Shown in pieces: positions 16,522 through 31,000 of a DNA stretch of 64,000 nt. The translations under genes and the position numbers were made by a program. Position 1 is the first letter of the stretch; every line of letters begins with the position of its first letter. The notes under the pieces were generated by a model. That model did not search any database and had not been told where the DNA came from. It was given only the letters and a program-made list of their open reading frames with translations. Origin of the DNA: Cycas panzhihuaensis (Eukaryota; Plantae; Cycadophyta); NCBI GenBank assembly GCA_023213395.1, contig CM041465.1, positions 167,903,741 through 167,967,740 on the forward strand, in the 5' to 3' direction.

Positions 16522-17164
16522 GATTACGACCTATAAAACACCATAAAACACATCAAAGTCTGACCTATACTCATGCCTCGTCCTCTGGACTACCTCTCAG
16601 CCTCACTTGATCGAGATTTGGGGTCCCTTGGGCCCCCATTTTCTTTTTTCTACAGTTCTGTCTTCGCACCGTGCCAAACTTCATGGTACCGTAGAGATTG
16701 GTTGGGGTCTTGCGGTGATCAGGGCCCCGTGGTAAAGATTGTGGCACTGCAATCTTTGTCATGGTGCGAATGTAACCCCCCACAAGGGGGGGTTTTCTGC
16801 CCAAAAACCCAAAAAATTCTTTCTTGTAGGCCACAATTGGGACCACTAGGACCAGGGCTACCTAATGCCCCAGTCCTGCCTCTCTCTAGGTCTAATTTGG
16901 ACTCCTGGAGATCTTTTTTCACCCATATGGGACCAAAATCTACATAAAAAACTACAAAAAACATTGAACTTCAAATCATCAGATGGGTTTCAGTTTCAGA
17001 GATCCACTCACTGGGTCTGGCTGAGCGCTTGCCATCTCATCTCTAAGATCCCAACGGCTATCCTCCGGTTCTGATTTGACGGTTGGATCTCCCTCCGTGT
17101 GCCTCCAAAGTCAGGTGGCACTTTATTGCATAAGGAATGGGCTCTGGATTTGTTTGAGAGCCCG

Positions 17165-17204
17165 TGAAAATGAATTCCATTTTCATCGTTTTTCCTTATA
17201 TAGG
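17165..17204 (-). promoter_or_regulatory. Putative internal antisense promoter: TATA box CCTATATAAG plus downstream palindrome
   Basis: Plus-strand CTTATATAGG at 17195-17204; near-palindrome TGAAAATGAATTCCATTTTCA at 17165-17185, conserved in B at 29549-29566. Confidence 0.55.
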
Positions 17205-17742
17205 CGGGGGCCCCGATGGGCACTGTCTTTGTTTTTGCTCTTGAGACAGCCCTTTGGATCGTTTCTCATCCCTGATCATCTTTGCCTTGGGGCCTTATTT
17301 CCTGTTGCGCTCCCATAGCCTTCATTTCACTCTTTCTTGCAGATGCATTAATGGCACCTTGCCGATGCATTTTTCATAGGGCTCTTCTATCTCGTTTTAT
17401 GTGCCACCCTCGTGCATGCCCAAGTTTATACTTGTTTGGCTCATTTCTCCATCTTGGACTCGTTCTTGTAGCCTGTTCTTATCCCTGGGGTCTCTAAAGG
17501 GAATGCTCCCTCTGTCTGGAGTCATTCTTTGATTTCCTAAGCAACCTTTGGTATCCCAGGGTGCCCTTTTATTGCCCGTTCTCAGCCAATGGTCGGATAG
17601 CCTGCTCCTGTCCTTGGGTAGCCTCATTGCTAGGTCCTCCTACCCTTCACGACCATTTATCTCTTGCCATACGAGCCTCTTTTACCTCGATTCCCACATT
17701 ATTGTACATTTTCTCTGCAGAGATATTTTCCTTTCATCATCC

Positions 17743-18165
17743 ATGACTCTCTTTATCTTTACCAATGATGGAATCCGCAATAACCCTGGACCTTCTGCCA
17801 CTGCATGGATTCTTCACGACCCTTTCTAACATGATTTTATTTATTCCAGAATCTTCCTCCCTGAGGCCACCAATAACGAAGCTGAATATACGGCCATTAT
17901 TGAAGCCCTCACTGATGCACTCTGTTTCCATCATGGATCTATTGTTCTTCTTTGTGACTCCCAAATGGTGGTGTCCTATCTCACCCAGGTTTACCAGGTG
18001 CGATGCCCTAACTTGAGAGCCTTTGCTTTGACTGCCAGATCTTTGTTGACTAATTTCCAGTCTGTCGACATTCGACACATCCCTCGGGCCCTTAACACTC
18101 AGGCAGATAGCCTCGTTTGCCTCATCGTTGAACGTTGCCTTCCTCTTCTTGCTGACCACCCCTGA
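17743..18165 (+). pseudogene. Stand-alone additional ('archaeal-type') RNase HI ORF, one internal stop
   Basis: One frame reads MTLFIFTNDGIRNNPGPS...*...ATNNEAEYTAIIEAL...CDSQMVV...IRHIPRALNTQADSL, giving all four RNase HI motif positions. ORF-track pieces 17548-17829 and 17965-18165 share this frame. Confidence 0.92.
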
Positions 18166-18584
18166 GACTTGCCCGGTCACTCTGTCACTTGAGTCTCAGC
18201 CTGTCATGTAGATCACTTTGTGATCTGTTCGTACCTTTGAAAGCTAGCCGCTAATGAGGTTAAACTATGGCAACTACCACGTTTGCTCATTTACCTTTTT
18301 CCTGATATTGTCATGCATTTCTCTTTGTATTTTTGTGATGGGAGAAACCCCCTCATCCTCCTTAGCTTCCAGTCAATTCTCGGGTGGCACATAGGCAGCC
18401 CCTATGTTATCTCCACCTCTATCCTCGTATCCACACGTTCTGCCATGATACTTGCCGGTACCCTTGACTCCTGTTATGATCATGATTTATATATATACAT
18501 ATACGTATTACTGACAGTTTTGTTACCAACATTCACCATTGCACCATGCTTCCGAGCAGCAAGGCTCTGCTACCAAGGGGGCAG

Positions 18585-22021
<3,437 letters not shown>

Positions 22022-23704
22022 GGATCACGTTTTTATAAATAAGTAAGTGATCAATATACAAGATTATAGACCAATGTGGAAGTTGATATCATTAGGTGTA
22101 CATAAATTAAAACTCAAATGTAGGATGCGTAATTAACCTAATAACCTCTAACTTGTGGTCAACATGTAGTTGACGTTGTTGAAAGGATGCCTAGGCTTCT
22201 AGTAGAATTAAGTTAGCCTTCACTCGTGATACTTGCAATTGTGCTTGGTGATGTAATCCATATCATAATAGAGCCTAAGTACTCCTAATCTTAACCAAGT
22301 TCTCTAATGAGTAGCTATATATCTCCTCTAAAGAGTGGTATATGTATACCCATGGCTATGATGGATATTGGATTAAGTATATTTTAATCTTATAAAGTTT
22401 TATTTTTCTCAATTGGTTATCAAGATTATTCTTGATTGAGACATAATGGTATGGTTAACCAACCTTACCAATATTCTGGTTCAGTCTAATCCCAACTTAA
22501 AACCTACACCTCCTTTATGGCATAATATTCTGCCAACCAAGGCATCTCAACCTTGGTGAGTATGTGAACAGGTATAAGATGGCAAAAAATAATGTACGTA
22601 ATGCGTTCCTTTTAGGAAGAGTGAAAAGATTATCGAATTTGCATCAAATATGCATATAATTGAAAATAGAATGCTTGCTTGGAATATCTTTAGAGTGCAT
22701 CCTTGAAGTGATTTTAGAATGCTAAAATATAATGTTGATAAGTGAGTGAGGACACCATATATTACTCCAATATAGGTGTTTTTTTGCTCACTTTTACAAT
22801 GGGCTTTTAAACCTTATAAAAAAAGGGAAGAAAAATTCTTCACTTTGTTTTTTTTTTTTTAATACAAAAAAAATAGACTTCACTAAAACAACAATAACTT
22901 TCTCCCACGATAATAAAATTAAGTGATGGTTTTTGTTCTACAAAATAGACTCAAAGATTCATCTTTAGGAACTAGAATAAGGTCCAAATAAGTTCTGAAA
23001 ATTTTTTGGCAGTCTTATAAATTTGGGAGAATATATTTTTCTAGAATTCTTACTAAACATAATTGTTGTTTACTAAAATAACAATAGCTTTCTTATATGA
23101 TAATGAAATTGGGTGTCAATTTTTTGTGCTAAAAATTAGACTCAGAAACTCATATTTGGTAGTTAGAAATAGTTTAATTAGAGCTATGTAGAAGATTTTA
23201 TAGACCTATGAAGTTCAATAATCAAATTTTATTTCTGCAAAAATTTTAGCTTGCTAATATCTTATTAATACATGATACTATATGAAATTTCTATCATTTT
23301 TTTATCACCAAGATTGTAATGTGGGTAAGGTGAGAGCATACAATGATGGATATTTTAAATGGCCCTAATTCTTTAAAGTGGCAAAAACCTCCTCTTCTAA
23401 AAGCTAGAAAAATTTCAGCAGCATTTTCCCTTGTTAAATAGACAAAAAGAGGGGAAAGAGAAGAATAATGAGATAGCATAAATGGCCACCAATGGATTGG
23501 AATCCTTAGGCCTTACAGCTCCTTGTATTATACTTCCAAACCTATAAAAGAGAAAGGGAAAATAAACAATATTAAATATACTATAATAAAGACTTGAAAA
23601 TATTTCTAAATCCACTTTCACAATCTCCTTCACCATATGGATTGTGGGGGAGAATGAAGTGATGGTTCCATTGAAAGTGCAAGTGAGAAATATGAAGGAA
23701 AAAA

Positions 23705-23716
23705 GCTCTAATACCA
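23705..23716 (-). promoter_or_regulatory. Copia-1 PBS (tRNA-iMet type)
   Basis: Minus-strand TGGTATTAGAGC, one transition from TGGTATCAGAGC. Confidence 0.9.
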
Positions 23717-23718
23717 CA

Positions 23719-24015
23719 TAAAAAGAGTGGATCTATCCTTCATCTCCATGTACTAAACACAAAAGTAAACATGGGAGCAAGAGACACTTAAGAGAAAGAG
23801 AGTAGTTCTCATAAAATAGGGAGGTAAGAATGAGCCTCCTCCATTGAGCTTTACTTTTATATTGAGAGAGGGAGAATTAGAGTTAGGTGAAATAAAATTA
23901 CACATAGTGCACATAAAAGTGCATTTCACTTATATGATCTAATTTAAAATTTACTTAAGAGCCTTTTTAGAAATAATTAACTAATGTAATAACCTTATGA
24001 CATTAACCTATTTCA
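23719..24015 (-). repeat. Copia-1 5' LTR
   Basis: Same length as and homologous to 897-1193. Confidence 0.95.
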
Positions 24016-24044
24016 AAAGGTCCATGGGTTATAGATGAGGGCAC

Positions 24045-24716
24045 TGTTGAGAAAACTGGGTCCCAATAACTAGAAACTACTACTAAGATCTAAACTATTT
24101 TACAACTAGTTATAGGAATTGAAACTAAAATTTAATATATAAGTTCTTAAACTAGAGATAATATAATAAACAAATTAGAAAGACAAAGCATCATACATAC
24201 ACCAAATATAATACAATAAAACCCTAGCAATATTCTAGGAAAACATCCATACAGGAAAGGTATTGATCTTTATTATTCAAGAATAGAGAAATATACATAA
24301 TTTATAGCAAAATGCTTACAACAACAATAACCAACCATCTCTACTCAATACAGTATATCCAATACATCGAATACCATCACCCTAAGTTGCGTTATATGAG
24401 AGAGTCATACAAGGCACAAATCTTGACCATCAAATCTAGGGTATTTTGAATGAATAACCTCAATTCTCTTCACAGTTTAGTATGTTTTATAGTAATAACT
24501 TTTTAGGTTGGGGGATACCACCCCTAAACCCTCTCTTTGTAGGGGGTGGCGGGTGTGGGGGGAGGAGGGGGGGAGGATTTTGGCACACCCTGTATCCCTT
24601 AGCTAAGGGGGGCTCCCGCCCCACTTAGATCCCCCCTCAAAAGTTTAGGGAGGAAACTACACTACCAACCTATCAAAATTTTTGCCTCTAAAACATTGTT
24701 ATCACATTATATAACA
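24045..24716. mobile_element. Solo LTR (672 bp) of an unrelated family
   Basis: TGTTG...TAACA termini; TSD GGCAC/AGCAC; removing it restores collinearity with 33730-33760. Confidence 0.88.
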
Positions 24717-25638
24717 AGCACAAGGGGACAAATCCTTCATGACCTAAAAGATAAGAGTGCAAAGGTATTTGAGGTTGAATTGAAGGGGCATGGGCCATAA
24801 TCAATTATGGCATAGATGCTTAGGTAGGATGAGGTATGTTTAACCTAATTTGGGTAATTGACATACCTTGGGACATCCCTTGGGACATCCCTTGGGTCAA
24901 GGGAATACCCATGGGTGGAGGGACTATAGGAATATATCGTGTTGTCAAAGAGGATATGATTGAGATGGAGCAGGTGGTATGGAGATAGAAGAAGGTAGGG
25001 AAGTGCTTTGAAGGAAGTGCTCTAACCAGTTTGCAGGTGGTTAGGTACTCACGACTTTGAAGCATTACCTCAATGCTTCTACCATATCTCTAGGAGGAGT
25101 TCCCACTTACTAATATGAGGAAGAGGGTTCCTCATGTTGAGCAAAACTCAAAGGACAATCATCATAGGCCCTCTCACTAGAATGAGAGTGGTCCACCGGA
25201 AAGGTCCCCCTATGTCATACATAGGGTAGGGATGGAAAATCCAAATATGTCTACTCATCCAAGTAGTAGATAGGGTCCTCACCCTCTGGGGTAAGATCTT
25301 GGAGAAGATATAATGTTTAAGGATGGGAATCACAAGCATATAAGTGATATGCCCAATTTAATAGATAGACCTCCATTGGTGATCTAGGTTTAGATGTAGC
25401 AATGGAGGAATAGAGCGTTCTTCTTCTTCTATAGGAGGGAGGTTGCATAGGCAATGAGAGAAGCACCATATTAATGTCTACTTAAGGAACTATAAAAGTA
25501 TAAATATTAGCTTTAGAAAAAGATATTAGGATTACCCAACATGCTATGAAGGTCTTATGAGATAGATTGCACCTAACACTAGAAAACCAAAGGGATGCTA
25601 AGATTTCCTTACTGGTAGTTCCCCAATATGGTCACCTA
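24717..25638 (-). mobile_element. Gypsy B second tandem unit: PBS and gag 5' region
   Basis: Collinear with about 33750-34641; PBS-like GGTGACCATATTGGGGAA at about 25619-25636. Confidence 0.92.
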
Positions 25639-26491
25639 TGGAAGTACATCTCTGAGGGGGTCACTAGGAATTACTACATACTAGTTATTGCTAGTGTCAA
25701 GGAGTAGGAATGTAGAGGTGTAATAGAGGTTTAACTTGCTCTTAAAGGGCATCTATGTATCTAAGCATAGGTTCAGGAGACATGTAATATGCATCTTCCC
25801 CTTTCCACCTTATAGGGTTATGGTTTAGAGTGAATGGGGGGTATGTTTAGGTGGTGAAGGATTTGGCATCCCTAGGTTACTAAGTATCCTAGAGAAGTCC
25901 TCCTATCCTTGTTTTAAAGGGAGGAAATAAGAGCTCCCTTTTAGAAAATGGAGGGGCATGGTATGGATAGGAAATAAATATAGAGTGAAAGGTCTAGGTT
26001 ATTTCCTTATCACCTAAAGGGTTACCTTTAGGGTTATGAGAGGTAGCAATGTTTCACTTTGATGCAAGTTTTATAACAAGTATAATAGTTTTGCTTATTT
26101 GAATATTGTCTTGTGGCAAGATATGATGTTTTGTCTAAAATGTAAGTTATAGTCATGTTGTTTGCAAAATAAAATGACTAACTAGCAATGTATAATAATC
26201 ACAATCTCTCAATCTCTTTTACTTTTGGCAAAAAGAAACTTGAAGCTATATACCTAAAAGAGATCCAATTTTGCATTTGGGGAAGGTGTGAAGGAAAGGA
26301 AATGATGAATATCATTAATGCTTATGTAAAGTTCTTTCTTTCTAATTTGTTTCCCTTTTCATATAAAAGAGAATGCACTTCTCTAATCTAGGTATTTTTT
26401 TAACCTCATTTCTACGTGCATATGTATATGCAAAATGAGAGAGCAATCCTTTCCTATTATGCCTTTTCCTTCATAAAGAGAAAGGGAGAGG

Positions 26492-26544
<53 letters not shown>

Positions 26545-28064
26545 TGTTTTTCTTCCCTATGAGTGTAAAGAGATATGCTATAAAAAAATGAATCCCTTAT
26601 TTTTGTTGCATATGTACATGCAAGTGCTAACAATCAAAAGATAAGCTTAGAAAGAAAAATAGAGAAGGAGAAGAGTGTTTGAAAATATTGTACTTAATTA
26701 ATGATGCTTGAAGGTAACCTTGACCTAGATCCTTCCTTGTTCTTCCTTTGCTAATGATGCAAGCTCCTTCTTTGTGGTAAGACTCATCAAAGATAAATGG
26801 GGCTTCCTTACCTTCCCCAAGATTAAAGGAAATGTTACACAAAAAAAATGAAAGGAATGAGAAAAGAGCAAAATATGCATGAAAAAATGTGATTATAAAC
26901 TACAAACTAATGTTACCTTGTGATGAAGCTTTCCTCATACACTTTTAACTAGTGAGTAAGTATGGACCTTCTAAGGTTTTAGTGAGAAAACTTGGTAGGA
27001 TCTATTAGCTATTATTCCTAAACTAAGATATCAAAGAGAAGACATATAAACAATCAAAACCAAGGTAAACTAATAAAAGCTTTTATTAAAAATAAAAGAA
27101 TGGTTGGCTCTTACCCACTTGAAACAAGTAGATTTGGTGATTATAAAAAGGTTTATTAATGAAGGCTCCTTGTAGCTCTAAAATAAATGCCTTTTGAGAG
27201 AATCCTTAAATGTTGAGAGAGAAGAAGATAGTCATCTTGATTGTAGAAGCTTGTTAGGGAAGTCTTTTTGGTGCCAAAGACTAGAATCCACTTGTGCTTG
27301 CTCCTCCAAACTCTATTTTTTCATCTTTCTGTCAAGAGAGAGCTTGAAGCATAAAAGAGTGAGATCTAGAGTGATTGTAGAATGGTTAGAATGCAAATTA
27401 AAAGTGGCTTTTTATGTTTAATCAAGTTCCCTTGACCTTTACCCCTTGATTTGGGTTGGTCTTAAGGTGTTAGATGTATAAGGGGATGTATTAAATACAA
27501 AGTGGAATGTTCTAGCCATAATTAGTTATGTAGTAGTTGCACCATGAATATATCCATGGGTGAAACGATTAGAGTGGGGTAAGATAAGAATCAATATGGA
27601 GTGAATAGAACTCTCTACAGTGCAAAGACAAGTTATAAAAATTTATGAGAATCAAGTGATATATAAATAAAAAGGTTGTAAACTTCTCCCCAAATCCTCT
27701 GCACACTAACCCTAGGCTACCCAAGTTACTAATGGTGCATGAAAAAGGGGAAAAAAATACTATAAATGAGTGAAAAAGAGTCAAAACTCAATAAGAACTA
27801 GGCTATAAGGACACTAAATGGAACTCTTGTTAATTAGGAGACCACTATGTGGGCTTTAAAGGCTAGTGGATCAGAGTCTTGGTCATCATAGGTAAAAACA
27901 GATGCAAGCAAGCCAAGTAAAATAAGTAATCAAGCATCCAAGTAGCCAAACATGCATCATATAAGGCAATAACCATAAGGGATACAATGAAATATAAGAT
28001 AAAATACATACCTATACTTACCTGTACCATGAAATCTTGAACCATTCCTGATAGGCAGGAAACA
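25639..28064 (-). repeat. Gypsy B central (shared) LTR, 2.43 kb
   Basis: Homologous to 34642-37764 except about 0.6 kb is absent (about 36060-36650). PPT on one side (28065-28075), PBS on the other; (TA)n near 26500-26540. Confidence 0.92.
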
Positions 28065-31000
28065 TTGCCCCCATGTAGTAGAACCTCGTCACTTTGGAGT
28101 ATGAGATGATGGTGAATGTTGTTAATACAAATACCATTAGTATAAATAATAACTAGAAGCAATTGTATAGATAACCAAGGGGAAGAGTAAGTATCACAAT
28201 GGATGCATGGATAGGAGGCATATGCTAAAGGGGGGAAGCAGGTTTATGACCATGTCAATCCAAAGGTGTGTGACTGTGAACCTAAAGCACGTGCAAGCAA
28301 GATAGAAAAGATGTGAGGTAGCATGACCTTGAAGTGGTGTTTGAAAATCCAAAGAGACCCTTAGGGAGATGAGGAGATTCCCTAGTACCTAGCAAGGATA
28401 TTAGCTAAGTAAGTAGGAGTTTTAGTTGCCATAGTTTAACCTTATTAGTAGCCTCTATTCAGAGGTGGAGGAAAAAGAGAAAAGATATTAGGTAGAGGCA
28501 TCCTTAAGGGATTTCTAAAGGACAACCAATTAAGAAAATAAAGAGTCATATTAGAGCTAAAGGCAATGCTTGAGGATAAGCCTATCTAGGTTATCAACCT
28601 CAGTGTTTCGACTATGAGGAATGCATCCAACATCAATCAAGGAGAAGTGAGAGAATAAAGGCCTAGTAGTCATAGCTAAAGACCTCAATCTAGGGTAAAG
28701 GAACCAATAGGTTTGGGTCAACTACGACACTATGATTTAAGAGTCGTAGTGTAGAATGATGGGGCCATGATAGAAATGAAATGCATTAGTTAAGGCCCCA
28801 ATGATGATCATGTACTCTACTTTATTATTCATGGCCTCAAGAAGATACATCTCATAGCACATAAATTTGTGTCGAGAAGGATCACAAATGATCCAAGATG
28901 TAGTGGAAGGTCCTGGGTTGCCATGATTACCACCATTAGTATATATAAGTAGAGTTATATAAAAGATAATAACTAGAATCCCAAGAAAAACAAGGAGAAA
29001 TTCTCCTTTACAAGGAACATATACCAAGTAGAAGAAGCTAGGTGAGGGATAATGAGCCCTAAAAATCACAATTATATAAATGACCACTCAATGAGAGGAT
29101 AAGGGAGACCTATGGTAGGTAACCATGCTTATGGTGGGCCTACCCTACAAAATGGAGGGGTAATGGCAAAAATGGACTCATAAACTAGGCCCAATATTAG
29201 TACAGGGCTAATAGAGGACTCAACTAAGAGGTGAGATTCCATTGGGACCAAAACAAGCCAGAATAACTATGAAAAAAGAAACTATCTTATCAAAACGAGT
29301 CCATAGAGTATAAACATGGATAAGATTTGGAGTAGGTAAAATTTAGGGAAAAAAGACTCTTCTAAAGATCTAAGAATTACTATTAATTATCATAAAGGAA
29401 AGAAAATAAAACATTTAGGAACAAAGATGGCCTAGACCCTGAAGGAAGCAAGGATAAGCTTAAGAAAATGGTCCTAGCGACTCAATTAGATTGAGAAATA
29501 TACATAAAACCCTAAGAAGCCTACCAGATAAAAGGAGGGAAGGTAAAAGAAAATGAATTCATTTTCACCTTGAACCATGAGATCAGAAGAGAAACCTTAT
29601 TGCCACCAATGAGCTACTGGTCATAGATGAGACTACTAGGAGAGATATGACTATAGATCATGACATAGGAGGAGTCATCGGGATCATGTAGGAGAGATAG
29701 CAACTATCAGACCAGAGCTAATATGTGAATCTTAAACTAAGATTTGTATTTATATCTTTATACTTTGCATCTTTAAGAGTCAAGTTATGCCCATTTAGGA
29801 AGTGTGGGGCCTAACAAGCCTTAATTAGCAGCCCATGAGATGCTAGACTAGGGCTATAGAAGGACCCTATCCCAATGGACTAAACCTTATACATTTTTTT
29901 ATTTATAGTATTTAATTTTTTATTTTTTGTGAGATTTTTGCTTGTACCATAGATTTATCGATGGTACTACATATATTCTTATAGGGCTATAGGAAAATCT
30001 GCTGGGTCTACAAGTTTATTCATAGTGCTATGAATAAATCTATAGTGCAAGGGTAGATAATAGAAAATCTCTTAAATTCCCAATTTTGGCTATAATTTTG
30101 ATGGTTTTAGTTTTATTTAAGGTAGACTTTATCTTATTGGATGATAGATAATTGATTGATGGTATCTTAGCTTATTTTCATGCTGACAATTTTGGATGTA
30201 AAGGGCATTGCTTTTGTTGTATAGGGCAAGCACCTAGGATAGTATTAAGGTTATAAATGATGGTACTAAGATCTATACCCTTCATGTTTGAGTAATCCCA
30301 TGCAAAGAAATCATAGAATTCTTGGAATAATTGAGTATATTCCTCTATCTCTTAGGGAGAGCACTCTACCCCAATCTTGATGACCTTGTCAGAGGTAAGG
30401 AAAATGTCCTCAATTGCCCCCATGCACATGGCATTCCCTTCTTTGAAGTGAAGGGGGGCTTGGTCAATTGATGGATAGGGAAGGGTGGTTGGTTTGTTTG
30501 GTTTGGCTAGGATGACCTAATGGACAAACACTTTGGGAAACCAAGTCCATGGTGTCTAGAAGGCAAGTTGGGCATAGTGCTTACTAGATGCTCTAATAAG
30601 AATTCATCATTCTTGAAATAATCTATCCTATGGATATTCTTGCTAAGAAAAAAATTGAGAAGTAAGTGGAGGGGTGATAGGCACATAGTTATTGACCTAC
30701 TAATACACATAATGAGGGAACTCTTTCAAGGAGTCTAAGAACAACCTCCTATGCCTTTGCATCCCATCTTATAGAGGGGAGAGCTAGCTAAGATGCAAGT
30801 TATAAATAATAGACTCATCATGGTAGAAAAGAGACTCCCTATCTTTGTTATCTACAAGGGATGGTGAGGATTAGGGAGTAAAGTGTTGATGAATAGGTTA
30901 GGGACCTATGCATACTAGGATACTAATAGTGTGTTAGTCCTAAAATAGAGTAGGAGAAGAACCTACTCTAGTAGGGGTCCCATGCTAGGGCATAGGATGC

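Noticed and set aside
17737-18180. 147-aa minus-strand ORF
   Set aside because: Shadow of the RNase H ORF; no independent motif.
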